Source: Octopus vulgaris (Eukaryota). Taken from it: a stretch of 64,000 bases of DNA. The translations under genes were made by a program, and so were the position numbers. The stretch covers positions 172,298,001 to 172,362,000 of the forward strand of contig OX597816.1 in the NCBI GenBank assembly GCA_951406725.2, in the 5' to 3' direction. Positions 38,088-50,626 of this stretch are shown here, one piece after another. The first letter of the stretch is position 1, and the number at the start of each line of letters is the position of its first letter. A model generated the notes under the pieces. That model had not been told where the DNA came from and did not search any database. It saw nothing but the letters and a program-made list of their open reading frames with translations.

Positions 38088-38406
38088 TCGTGATCACGTG
38101 ACCGACCAGGCTATCAGATGTTGCTACACATCACTGGCCACAATGCGCTTCGCATTGTTTTAGCCTTCGAATGACGCCACCCCACTGGCTAAGCGAGCAG
38201 GCCAACAGGCCAAAGAGTGAGAGAAAGTTGTGGCGAAAGAGTACAGCAGGGATTGCCATGCCCCCCCCCCCCCCACCTGCCGGAGCCTCGTGGAGCTTTA
38301 GGTGTTTTCGCTCAATAAACACTCACAATGTCCGGTCTGGGAATCGAAACCGCGATCCTATGACCACGAGTCCACTGCCCTAACCACTGGGCCATTGTGC
38401 CTCCAC
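38088..38406 (-). mobile_element. SINE with family B head and a different 3' tail
   Basis: 38215-38406 matches the family B 5' half; 38088-38210 is unrelated to the family B tail; inserted in (TA)n. Confidence 0.85.
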
Positions 38407-38525
38407 ATTATATATATATATATTAACAATTGAGGATAAAATCTTTAAAAGAAAATTATCAGTAGTCAGCGTGAAAAACCTCGTAAGAGAAAAAATCCGT
38501 AAATTCTTCCTCTTTGAAAATATTC

Positions 38526-38773
38526 ATTTATATTATATTGAGGGTACTACTATTCGTAGATACCAACACGCTAAGAGGGACCAATGCGGTCAAAGCTACT
38601 AAAAATAAACAAAATTTTACCGAATGCAAAACTTCAAAACGCATGAATTCTTTTTTAAAAAGATGTGTTTTGAAGTTTTGCATTCGGTAAAATTTGGTTT
38701 ATTTTTAGTAGCTTTGACCGCATTGGTCCCTCTTAGCGTGTTGGTATCTACGAATAGTAGTACCCTCAATATA

Positions 38774-38781
<8 letters not shown>
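38526..38781. repeat. fold-back element, 119-bp inverted arms
   Basis: 38526-38644 is the reverse complement of 38663-38781 with about 2 mismatches; adjoins (TA)n. Confidence 0.9.
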
Positions 38782-38827
<46 letters not shown>

Positions 38828-39249
38828 TTATTGGTAACTAGTTTGCAAAGTTAATCCTCTTTCTATCTTTAGTGATCATGTTCACAACAGCCATAAATAT
38901 GATCACCAACAAGACAGATTTAACTCTGTAAAGTAATATATTGCCAACAACACATAAAATGATAATAACAGCACATTTTACTTCTTGAAGTACTTATTCT
39001 GTATATGAAAATTTTGTTCTTACAAACAAAGACAAGAAAGAGAGAAAGAATGAATGAATAGATATATTTATGTGTGTGTGTATGTGTGCACATATAAAAG
39101 CAACAAGTGAAATGTCCTCAACTCTGCTCAAGAGGGCAGTAACTTTGAATAAGAACTGACTCAAACCTGTTCAATCCATGCTCGTATGAAAAGCAGATAT
39201 GAAATAATGATGAGGAGGAAAATTAGTAAAGCTAGATATTTATGCTTAC

Positions 39250-39344
39250 TTGTTAAAAAGTTGCAGTATTGTTGCATTTTTTCCCATGATCTTAATCAAG
39301 TTATTCCAGCTGTCGGGATTTAAATTTGGTAAATTGTAGGTTTC
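39250..39344 (-). CDS. SMPD1: acid sphingomyelinase-like exon
   Basis: tttcAG / GTAAGC, phase 0-2; ETYNLPNLNPDSWNNLIKIMGKNATILQLFN(K). Confidence 0.92.
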
Positions 39345-39471
39345 CTGAAACACATTACAATATATTATAATTTGGATATCTTAAATAATCAAAATTAAGA
39401 ATATAAAAAGGAAGAAACAAGGAAATGAACAGCTAAAAAAATAAAGATAATGTCCAGTTATTCAATTTATA

Positions 39472-39795
39472 AAGGCATATGACTCAGTGGTTAGAAGGTT
39501 GGGCTCATAATCATGGGGTAGGGAGTTTGATTCCTCAACTGGGCTGTGTATTGTGTTCTTGAGCAACACACTTTATTCCAGTTCACTCAGCTGTGAAATG
39601 AGTTGTGATGTCACCAGTGCCAAGCTATATCGACCTTTGCCTTTCCCTGAGATAACATCGGTGACATGGAGAGGAGAGGCTGGTATATATGGATGACTGC
39701 TGGTCTTCTATAAACAACCTTGCCTGGGCTTCTGTTTTGGAGGGTTATTTTCTAGGTGCGAATCTATGGTCATTCATGACCGATGGGATTCTTTA
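39472..39795 (+). mobile_element. tRNA-derived SINE family D
   Basis: A box tgactcagtgg, B box gagtttgattc, gtgttcttgagcaa; homologous to 49750-50087 and 36527-36670. Confidence 0.8.
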
Positions 39796-39841
39796 TTATT
39801 CATTTCATGTCCACTTTGTCAAGGTGGTTACAGCATTACTT

Positions 39842-40229
39842 GATGGAAGCACTTCGTTGGTTACGACGACGAGGGTTCCAGTTGATCCGAATCAACAAAA
39901 CAGCCTGCTCGTGAAATTAACGTGTAAGTGGCTGAGCACTCCACAGACACATGTACCCTTAACGTAGTTCTCGGGGATATTCAGCGTGACACAGAGAGTG
40001 ACAAGGCCGGCCCTTTGAAATACAGGTACAACAGAAACAGGAAGTAAGAGTGAGAGAAAGTTGTGGTGAAAGAGTACAGCAGGGATCACCACCATTCCCT
40101 GCCGGAGCCTCGTGGAGCTTTAGGTGTTTTCGCTCAATAAACACTCACAACGCTCGGTCTGGGAATTGAAACCGCAATCCTATGACCGCGAATCCGCTGC
40201 CCTAACCACTGGGCCATTGCGCCTCCACG
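39842..40229 (-). mobile_element. SINE family B with TSD
   Basis: Full length; TSD cagcattactt (39831-39841 and 40230-40240). Confidence 0.92.
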
Positions 40230-40499
40230 CAGCATTACTTAATTAGGGTCACAATATGAATATTTAGGCCAACTGGAGAACATAAATTCACCATTGCAAA
40301 TCAATGAAACATTCATCACACTGTTTTTACAGCTATTATAGTAGTTAGCTGTAGCTACCCATGGCACCCATTAACAATCATGAGTTTAACCAATGATATA
40401 AAGCATCTTGGCTTTAAAAACAAATGATTAAGTCGTTGAGAGGTAAAATGACACCTTACCAACTTAGGCCAGTTGTGAGTCTTTAAACTTTATTATCCA

Positions 40500-40891
40500 C
40501 TAGCAGTATCGCCCGGCGTTGCTCGGGTTTGTAAGGGAAATAACTATATAAGCATTTTTAGAGATGTAAAGTATAATAGCCGTCTCAATATGGCTAACCA
40601 CAAAGGTGGGGGGTTACTTAGGTTTTTACGTTCTGAGATTTAATAATACATTTTTAGAGAGTTACTTCCCTTATATATGCCAAAAATGCATTAAAAATGG
40701 GAAAAATTGATGGTAAATTTTTTAAAAAATCGTAGACTCATCGTAGACGTGCGCTAATACCCAGAAGGCGTCGATATGAATCACGACTATAAGATACCCG
40801 GTTTTGGTTACACTGCACCACAAAATGTGGGAGTAGTTAGGTATCTAAATCGTAGGAGACAGACACACAACTTCACTTTTATATATAAAGA
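40500..40891 (-). mobile_element. Helitron H1
   Basis: TC...hairpin-CTAG termini, inserted between A and T. Confidence 0.9.
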
Positions 40892-41205
40892 TTTAAAAAA
40901 TGATAATGTAAATAACATTGTGTATCAGACAATATATTTAGCATAAAGATGCTTTACACCAGGTATTTTCAACTACTATACCATGATACATGTGTTTCTA
41001 TGTACAGACTACGGGCATGCCACAAATGTTTGGGGCCAAGTTGGAAAATGCCAGGATATTTAGAAAACTGCTTTTAATGCAACACACTGGTGCATGTGCA
41101 TTCTTTTGCAGTAAGTTGTAATATGTGTGTGCATCTGTGTTTTAACAATTTCAATATTATTTTTTATGTATATACTAAACCTGTCGAGATTTTCTAGCAC
41201 TTTTA

Positions 41206-41411
41206 GCCCTTAAGCATTTTAATTAATATTCTACACATTTTATGTTCAAACTAGCAATATCCAGCCGCTCACACCTACCCTACAATGTCATTCTAAAACT
41301 AGACAGTTACATCACTGAAATCCCAAAGCAATGAGATAATGTATGATTAATTCAAAACAATATGAAATAAAAAAGTATTACATTTGACAAAGCAATCTGA
41401 ATGTTAAAGGG
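41206..41411. mobile_element. piggyBac-type MITE
   Basis: ttag-cccttaagcatt...atgttaaaggg-ttaa; homologous to the 8.9-kb and 36.3-kb copies. Confidence 0.75.
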
Positions 41412-41679
41412 TTAAGGCATTGGATTGTAAAAAGTTGAAGATCAGTTTTAGAAATAAGTAGAAATAATAAAACTTAAGGGGATAAACAAGTTTTTTTTTT
41501 TTTTCAGTTTTTAAAAACATGGTACTTGTAGGCAAATGAAAATGGTTTACAATAATACGCTCATGTAAATTTCAGAAAGCTCACAAAGAAAACTTTGACA
41601 AACTTCATAAAACCTAACAATCTTTAAAAATCTCTCATGATTATAATCAATTTGAGTGTATTAGAATAAATCCACTTAC

Positions 41680-41769
41680 TTTGGCACTATATTCTTTCTG
41701 CCATACAGGGTTGTCGTCAATGTTTGCTGCAGTTAAGTTAAGCAAGTAATTCTCATGGTTCAGTACAGC
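41680..41769 (-). CDS. SMPD1: acid sphingomyelinase-like exon
   Basis: tttcAG / GTAAGT, phase 0-0; AVLNHENYLLNLTAANIDDNPVWQKEYSAK (compare human VVLDHETYILNLTQAN). Confidence 0.95.
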
Positions 41770-41807
41770 CTGAAAGATGCATGAAATAAACTTAAAATGT
41801 TAATACT

Positions 41808-42008
41808 GACATCATCATCATCATCACCATCATCTTCATCATCACCATCATCATCATCATTATCATCACCATCATCACCATCATCATCATCATCATCATC
41901 ACCATCACCATCATCATCACCATCATCGTCATTATCACCATCATCATCATCATCATCACCATCACCATCATCATCACCATCATCATCATCATCATCTTCA
42001 TCATCACT
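41808..42008. repeat. expanded (CAT/CAC)n trinucleotide repeat, the tail of an RTE-type element
   Basis: Continuous with the RTE 3' sequence at 42009-42210. Confidence 0.9.
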
Positions 42009-42810
42009 CAATGTCTGTTTTCCATGCTGGGACGAGTTGAACAGTTTGACAGGATTTGGCAAGTTACTGTGCCAAGTTTCAATGTCTGCATTTGGCATGG
42101 TTTCTATGGCTGGACACTCTTCCTAATGCCAACCACTTTTCTGTGTATATTGAGTGCTTTTATGTGGTACTGGCACCAGCGAGATCACTGAATAACTCAC
42201 AAGACAAGACACCTCTACTGAGTGGGGAGTAGTATTGAGGGATGTGGTTCTGTGCCAGGTGATGAAAGGTTTAAAGTACGACAGAGACAGAAACAGGTGT
42301 CATGAGCAGGGGAGACGCATAGCTACTCCAACTGGAGAAGGAAAAGGATAGTGGTGAAGATGTGTCACGGCATGTCCTCAACTTACAGGAAGGTGAATAG
42401 AAGAGATATGGTGAATGTGGAAGGAGAGCGGCAGAATGATAGAGGGAATGAAATATAGAAGAAAATGCAATGATTGATGAATGCGGGTGAAGGTGTGAAT
42501 ATGAGTTGTAGGCGAGGGTCAGGGAAGTACTTGGTGGCAGCAAAAATGATGTGAAGTGTGTGTGGGATTTGAAAGAGATGCACAGTGCCATGGATGAAGT
42601 TAGATGTACATAAGAGTGGAAATAGTGGGAGATGAACAAGGGTAATGGTGGGTGGGGGGAGCTGTCGTTTACAAAATGAAGGTGTACAGGTAAAAGGAGA
42701 TGTTGAGGGAGTGTTCAGTGGAAAATGAGGTGGTTAGGGAAGATAGAGAGAATGCATGAGATGAAGGAAGAGACAGCAGAGAGGGTGAGAGGTAGGGGGA
42801 TGAAACATGC

Positions 42811-42841
42811 TAGGGTAAGGGTTAGGGTTAGGGTTAGGGTT
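42811..42841 (+). repeat. short interstitial (TTAGGG)n
   Basis: tagggtaagggttagggttagggttagggtt. Confidence 0.8.
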
Positions 42842-43007
42842 CAGCTCTCGCAATTACAACAGCTGAGTGAATAGTGCCCCAGTCAGAAGAGTGCAGGGTG
42901 GGTTTTAGGAAGATAAGTTGTGGGGTGGGGGGTAGATTTGTTGGAGACAGATTGGGTGCAGCATAGACATAAGTGATATGTTTTTAGGGCTTTGCTTTTG
43001 CCTAGAT

Positions 43008-43225
43008 CAGTGGTTTTCAACCAGGGTTCCGCGGAGCCTTAGGGTTCTGCCAGTACAGTCCAGGGGTTCCGCAAGAAGTTACAAAACTGCTAAAATCGGC
43101 AGTAATATTTAATTCTCCTGTGCAGATATGTGTGCATAAGACATAAATTATTGCACAGGGGTTCCTCGAGCCAGTGGAATGTTTCCTTGGGGGTTCCACT
43201 CCAGCAAAAAGTTTGAACAGCACTG
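43008..43225. mobile_element. hAT-type MITE
   Basis: Reverse complement of 13626-13843; 8-bp TSD GCCTAGAT. Confidence 0.92.
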
Positions 43226-44749
43226 GCCTAGATAGACAAATACTTTTCAGTGCAGTAAATCACCAATCTGCTCATCTCGTTATCTCCAGCAGACACACAA
43301 CAGCTATCCCCACTATCATTATCATCACTATTTAAAACCAAAGATGTTATCAACCAATCATTTTCATCATTTGATTATTCTCCACTCACATCCAAGTTGC
43401 CCACACCGTTTCTACCAATTCCAGCAACAAAAGGAATTTAGTTCTTTAGTTAAGACCAATATTGTTCAGGCCACAGTCACAAAAAGATGCTTCAAAAGTA
43501 TTTGATACAATAAATACTGAAATTCCTCATAAATAGAAAAAGGGATTCCCAACCTAGGATCAGCTGTTCCAAAGAGAAGTGTGTGTGTGAGGTGGTGGTG
43601 GTAGTGTGTGTGTGGTGAAGCAAATGATGTGGATCTGTGAGCAGTTTTCAAAAATTTCAAAGGCTGCAGTTACATATATCATTCAACTGAGAGATAAAGT
43701 GGGGGAATTAGTTTGCTATCAATAGAAAGGCTAATTAAGTGGATAAACCATTCAGGAGTCTGGGGATGTGTGAGAACTTTACTTAATTAAAAAGTGGTTG
43801 TTGATAAAAAAAAGGTTGTGAATCACTGAAATAAGAATAACCTAAAGAGAACTAAAATATCCCCATTTATTGATTCATCAACACAATTACTTCTAATTAG
43901 CTTCCCACATTAAATGTATTAACACTAACTTTTGTCTTTTTATGTGAAAAGCATCTCTAAATTCATTCTCCAAAGAACTCTTATTTTCTACACCTTCATT
44001 GGTAAATTTACTTAATAATTCTCTCAACACTTTTGCAGCAAACACAATAAAGTCACTAACGAGCACAAGTCATTGATTGATTTTAAAAAATTTTTCACTG
44101 CATAATCAATACTATTTAAATAGGTTATAAATAATTATTTTTAATTTAGGAACAAGGCTAGCAATTTTGAAGGGAAGGGCTTGGGTGATACCATCTGAGT
44201 ACGTCACTGGTACTTTATTTTACCAAACCTGGAAAGATGAGAGGCAAAGCTGACATAAGCAGGATTTGAACTCAGAACATAACGAGCCAGAGTATTTTTT
44301 TGTCCCAACATATTAAAAATTCTGCTGGCTCACCACCCTTATATTGGTAAGAATATAAATAGCACATACCGTTAATTCACTTATTTATGAATGAATGATA
44401 CATAGATATAACAGAACCAAACACTAGTCTTCTGAATTAGACAACTCTATTAGCAACACAGTAATTAAAGTGACAGAAAGGAAAAAAAATTTACTTTTTA
44501 CAGAAAATCGACAAATTTGAAATTTTCTTTTCAATTTCCATTTTTTGAGATAATAACTGATAAAAATATAACTTTATGCAAATCCAGAACCAGCAGATTA
44601 ACATCCAGGATTAACATCAGAGAAACTTTGCTCTGTGTAGCTACTTGACTATCTAGTAATAGCAACCAAATTTCCCTCAAACCACAGCCAACTCCCTGTA
44701 AATGATTACGTCTAGAATATTTTTGATCTTTTGTCTGCTAGTTTAGTAC

Positions 44750-45080
44750 ACATCATCATCATCGTTTAACGTCCGTTTTCCGCGCTAGCACGGGTTGGAC
44801 AGTTCGACCGGGGTCTGGGAAGCCAGGGGCTGCACCAGGCTCCAGTCTGATCTGGCAGAGTTTCTACAGCTGGATGCCCTTAATAATGCCAACCACTCCG
44901 CGAGTGTAGTGGGTGCTTTTTACGTGCCACCTGCACAGGTGCCAGGGGGGTCCGGCATTGGCCACGATCGGTTGGAGCTTTTAACGTGCCACCGGCACGG
45001 AAGCCAGCCAAGGCAGCGCTGGCAATGGCCACGTTCGGATGGTGCTTTTTATGTGCCACCGGCACTGGAGCCAGTTGAGG
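44750..45080 (-). mobile_element. RTE-type 3' end / RTE-tailed SINE, young
   Basis: (CAT)n-cgtttaacgtccgttttcc...; tandem ttttacgtgccaccggcac subrepeats. Confidence 0.8.
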
Positions 45081-45209
45081 CATCATCATAATTTAACTTC
45101 CGTTTTTCCATACTTGCGTGGATCAAACACAGTTCATTTGAATTAAAGATGTAGACATTAACTTAACAAAACCATGGAAACCAATTTAAAAACTCTCCAT
45201 AAAACTTAC

Positions 45210-45411
45210 CCATGAGCTTGTTGGATATGGACCATCAATATCATAAATACGATAACTTGGATTGACAGCTTTGTTGAAAATGTAAGGTGTAATGCTACCA
45301 GCTATGTAGGCAACATTGACTGGACGTTTCATATCACTCACATCATAAAACACTTCAAAGCTATCCATGTGAGTGTGTCCAAAAAACTGTGCTGCTACAG
45401 TACTTTCATAT
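45210..45411 (-). CDS. SMPD1: acid sphingomyelinase-like exon with the GHTH metal ligands
   Basis: cctcAG / GTAAGT, phase 2-0; (R)[67 protein letters not shown]. Confidence 0.97.
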
Positions 45412-45474
45412 CTGAGGAAAACAAAATGAGTAATGAAATTGTTAGTATATTAAATACATACATTGTTAAAGTAG

Positions 45475-45507
<33 letters not shown>

Positions 45508-45629
45508 TAATTGTTATCGCCATATTAATATGGCAGTCTTATAGATATAAGACTAAAGCTGTCGCTGATTAGCTCCATGAGGCCATCGCCTTAAGCTAGC
45601 TATTTGACACACAAACTGTGTCCATTATA

Positions 45630-45777
45630 ACTGTGTGGTAAGTAGCTTACTAACCAACCACATGGTTCCGGGTTCAGTCCCACTGCATGGTATCTTGGGC
45701 AAGTGTCTTCTGCTATAGCCCCGGGCCGACCAATACCTTGTGAGTGGATTTGGTAGACGGAAACTGAAAGATGCCTG

Positions 45778-45863
<86 letters not shown>

Positions 45864-46075
45864 TTATATGTTTGTGTGTCTGTGTTTGTCCTTCTAACAT
45901 TGCTTGACACCCGAAGCTGGTGTGTTTACATCCCTGTAACTTAGCGGTTCGGCAAAAGAGACCAATAGAATAAGTACTGGGCTTACAAAAGAATAAGTCC
46001 CGGGGTCGATTTGTTCGACTAAAGGCGGTGCTCCAGCATGGCCGCAGTCAAATGACTGAAACAAGTAAAAGAAAA
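45630..46075 (+). mobile_element. SINE family A with expanded (TA)n
   Basis: Matches the family consensus. Confidence 0.9.
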
Positions 46076-46967
46076 AAGACAAAAATAACATTATAAGCAC
46101 TGATTTGAGGCAGTGGACATAGTTTTTTTTTATCTTTCTTTTTTAAGCCTCAAATAAAATCACAACAGTTTCTTCTATCAATGTTGCATTGTAATTTATT
46201 CTTCTTCAATTTTTCTGTTATTTCTCTCTTTTCTTCTTGGACTTGCACCTTCTTTTTTTTGCTCTTCTTGTTTAGTTTCTCATTTCTTCTCCCCAACCAC
46301 TTGTTTATATGCTTTACTCTCTGACACATATCCCTACCTTTATCACATTCCTCTTGTCCCTCTATGTACCTCACTAACTTTCTTCTCTTACAGAATAAAA
46401 GAACATTTCTTTTGACTAGAGTTGTATTCTAATTATCCTTTTTATTCTCCTCTAACTTCTCATCTCCTACAACTCCCACCTTCTTTCCCTTATTCTCTTG
46501 TTCACGCCATCCTTACACGCAACAGCATCTCACACATACCCTTGCACAGACTTCTATCACACCCTCCATATTCCTCTTGCCTTCTCTTTTACATCCGCTC
46601 CCATTTCTTTAATTCATGTTTTCCATACATGCACACACACACACACACACACAATACAGTTATGTACTTACACCAAGGTTTACACCCCCACTAACTCATA
46701 CCACTACACTTCTGCACTTGCACTCCTCTATACACATATTGCAGAAAGCTACACACATCCTTATATCCATCTTAAAATGTGGATATACAATCACACAGAC
46801 ACAGTCACCCATCCTCCCTTCCTAATTTGACCCATAAAACAGCATTTCCACCTGACTCCTAACCCCTCAACCATTTATTTTCTTACCTTTCTTTCCAACC
46901 ACTTTTCCTCCTTCTCACTCCTACTCTACTTTTCTTCTGATGAAGGATATTGCCTTCCCCTCTTTAA

Positions 46968-49185
46968 CCCCTTTCCTGGCAAAGTTGAGTTATCTTGTCT
47001 TTGCCCAATTTTTCTTTTACAGAGTGTGGCGAGTAAACTTGTCCAAAATATATAATTTCAAAAACAGCAACAGACGAGTTTATACATCAATCCTTGGTTT
47101 TTACCTTCCCAGATGTTGAGCTCAGAAGATGACAATGAGTATGAACCTTCTATTAGAAGCTTGGGTACATCAGATGAGAGTGCAAGCTTGTCTGATAATG
47201 TCTATTCTCTCTCAAGTGAGGGGGAGGAGAAGGATAGACGAATTTGGTGCCGACATGTGGTGTCAGAAGAATGCATGCTTCCTCCACCACCACCACAATT
47301 CCCATTCACGGGAAATCCTGGAATACCAGTTGATCAAGACACAGCTGATATGACTTCTTTGGATTTTTTCAGTCTTTTTTGTGACAACAGAATTATTGAT
47401 TGAGTTGTGGATGAAACTAACTGCTTTGCTGAACAAACTGGAAAAAGAGATTGTATGTGGCATGCTGTAACAAAGACAGAAATTTGTGTGATTTTTGCCT
47501 TGAAAATGCTTGGGGGTATTGTGAAAATGCCAGATCAAGAAATGAACTGGTCGAAAGATGAAATACTTGAAAGACCAATTTTTTGGAAGCTGATCAGTTT
47601 GAAACACGATAATAAGATAAAACAGTGTCTTCTTCATTTTGTGAATGATGAAACTTTTGATGCAGAAACACATCCCAACCTAAAACTGTATAAAGTTTAT
47701 GATGTTTAGTGAGAACTTTATGAAGTGTTATACCCCTAACCAAGATTTATCAATAGACAAAAGCCTTATGCTGTTCAAGGGAAGGTTAGGATGGATTCAG
47801 TGCATACCTCTAAAAGGTAGGAAGTTTGGAGTGAAGTATTTTTTTTGTGTGAAGCAAAGACTGGATATGTGTATAGAGTAATCATTTATGTTGGCAAAGG
47901 AACACAGTTTGATTCAGAATATAGTGAATATCCCAGGAGTTCTCGTGTTGTGTTGTCTCTGATGAAGCCTTTACTTGGTAAAGGTTATTGTGTTACTGTG
48001 CGTAACTTTTACACTAGTCTGCAATTAGCTGATACTCTGGTTAGTCATGACACCGATATTTATAGAACTCTGTTTGAATAGAAAGAAAGTGCTTGAAGAG
48101 CTGAAAAGGGCAAAATTGAAAGAAAGGGCAAGTTGCAGCGTTTCAGAGAGGTAAGGTAACGACTCTTCGATGGAAGGACAAGGATGTTGCAATGCTTTTA
48201 ATCATTCACAACTCCACTATGAAGGATGTTGAGACAAGATAAGAGCCTGCAAAGAAATCAACAGTTGTATATGATTACAAATTTACAATGGGTGTAGTCG
48301 ACAAGGTGGACCAACAACTAGTAGATTATCCCATCACACAGAAATGGGGAAAGAAATATTACAAGAAAGTCTTCTTCCAGTTGATGGATCTTATGGTATG
48401 GAATTCTTACATATTGTACAATGTAGCAGTCACTGAGGCAGGGAAAAATCCCCTCACACACCTAAAATTTCGTATGTAGATTATACGAGATATCATTGCA
48501 AAATATGGGGCAGATTTACAATCTACTAAAGTAGTAAGGAGACTTTCGACTTCACCAGAACGTTCACATTTTACACCAAGGCATTTTCCAATGGAAGTCC
48601 TAGCAACAGAAAAAAAGACAAATCCAACAAGAAAATGTGCCATGTGTCGTCTGAAATGTGGCCATAGAAGGAAACCAATCAGGAAGGAATCATGATGTAT
48701 GTGTAAACTCTGTAATGTACCTTTATGTGTAGTACCATGCTTTGAAAAATTCCATACCAAATAATCATTCATAAAATGCTAGAGAAAGTAAGATATATGG
48801 GAAGAGGTAAATTAAATGATAAAATAAATACAGTATTTTATTTACATTTACTTTTGGTTGTGAAAATTGAAAAAAATAAATATATGAAAAAAGATTTTTG
48901 AGAAGACATGCTAACAGAATGAGTAAAATAGATGTGTAATTTCCCTTTACTTTGATAAAGTTGAGAAAACAAAGCAATAAATTAAAAAAAAATATGAGAA
49001 GATGAGTTACATTTTTTTTGCTGAAAATGGTATCTTCAAAGTAAAATTTCAAGTAAAATATTGGAAATAGATTAAAAACTAAAGTTATTTCTATAATCAG
49101 CATTAAAAATACTATTTAAAAAAAGCAATAAAACATTCGTCTGAAAATGAAACATTTTCTCCAAAAAAAGTTGCTGGGGAAGGGA
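46968..49185 (+). mobile_element. full-span decayed piggyBac (PGBD4-like) transposon
   Basis: TTAA-cccctttcctggcaa ... ttgctggggaaggga-TTAG; transposase relic inside. Confidence 0.92.
47113..48764 (+). pseudogene. piggyBac transposase pseudogene
   Basis: Acidic N-terminus, LSIDKSLMLFKGRL, CEAKTGYVY, VTVRNFYTS (second catalytic Asp lost), MGVVDKVDQ, C-terminal cysteine-rich CAMC...CKLCNVPLCVVPCFEKFHT; stops and frameshifts. Confidence 0.93.
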
Positions 49186-49283
49186 TTAGAGTGTTAAACT
49201 AATTCAAAATTTGTAAAAATTTGTCCCTCCTGTGCTGTCTTTTTTTTTCGTGTGTGTTTCTTCACTACATTTACAATATATCT

Positions 49284-49711
49284 TTTATCTTTTACTTGTT
49301 TCAGTCATTTGACTGTAGCCATGCTAGAGCACCACCTTGAAGGGTTTTAGTTGAACAAATTGACCTTAGGACTTATTATTTTTTGAAGCCTGATACTTAT
49401 TCTATCGGTCTCTTTTGCCAAACTGCTACACTACAGTGCCATAAACACACTACCACCAGTTGTCAAGTGGTGGTGGAAAACAAACACAAACACAGAGACA
49501 CATGCACACATAGTTATATACATAAATATATACATACACACACACACATGACAGACTTCTTTCAGTTTTTGTCTACCAAATCCACTCACAAGGCCTTGGG
49601 TGGCCCAAGACTATGGTAGAAGACACTTGCTCAAGTTACCATGCAGTGAGATTGAACCCTGAACCTTGTGGTTGAGAAGCAAGCTTCTTACAACACAGCC
49701 ACACCTGTGCC

Positions 49712-49712
<1 letters not shown>
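49284..49712 (-). mobile_element. SINE family A, diverged subfamily
   Basis: Matches the family consensus with many substitutions. Confidence 0.85.
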
Positions 49713-49749
<37 letters not shown>

Positions 49750-49751
<2 letters not shown>

Positions 49752-50087
49752 GAAACCCCCTTCGGTCATGACACTAACCATGGGATTGCACCAAGAAAGT
49801 TACCCTCCCAGGCACAAGTCCAGGCAAGGTTGATTATGGAAGACCAGCAGTCGCCCATGCATACCGGCCTCCCCTCTCCACACCACCAGTGTTATCCAAG
49901 GCGAAGGCAAAGGGTGATACTGCTTGGCACCAGTGACATCGCAACTCATTTCTACAGCTGAGTTAACTGGAGCAACATGAAATAAAGTGTCTTGCTCAAG
50001 AACACAACACACAGCCTGGTCCGGGATTCGAGCTCACAACCTCATGATCGTAAGCTCGACACTCTAACCACTGAGCCATGCGCCTTC
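49750..50087 (-). mobile_element. SINE family D, inserted in (TA)n
   Basis: Head gaaggcgcatggctcagtggttagag...gagctcgaatccc. Confidence 0.85.
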
Positions 50088-50317
50088 ATATATATATACA
50101 CACACACACAAACAGGTTTCATTCAGTTTTCTACCAGCAAATTAATTCTGAAGGCTTTGATCAGGCTGGGGCTACATAAGAAGACACTTGCCTAGGACTG
50201 AATCTGAAACCATGTGGTTGGGAAGCTAGCTTCTTAACCATACATGCATGCCTGCAAGTATGTTTATCATATAAATATAAATATACAAACACACATGCAC
50301 AAACACATATATATGTA

Positions 50318-50626
50318 CTAGCAGTATCGCCCAGCGTTGCTCGGGTTTGTAAGGGAAATAATTATATAAGCATTTTTAGAGAGTTACTTCCCTTATATAA
50401 ACCGAGCAAAAAATGCATTAAAAAAATGAAAAAATGATGGTAAACTTTTTTTTAAATCGTAGACTCATTGTAGATGCGTGCTAATACCCAGAAGGGCTCG
50501 ATATGAATCACGACTATAAGATACCGACTTTTAGTTAAACTGCACCGCAAAATGTGGGAGTAGTTAGTAATCTAAATCGGAGGAGACAGACTCTCACACT
50601 CACAACTTCAGTTTTATATATAAAGA
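50318..50626 (-). mobile_element. Helitron H1 (internal deletion)
   Basis: TC and hairpin-CTAG termini; A/T target. Confidence 0.9.

Noticed and set aside
41760-42126. Asp-rich, Met-rich and Ser-rich ORFs
   Set aside because: Translations of a (CAT)n retroelement tail; the flanking SMPD1 exons already join in phase without it.
47113-48764. domesticated PGBD gene
   Set aside because: Multiple stops and frameshifts, one catalytic Asp lost, TIRs still present: a dead transposon.
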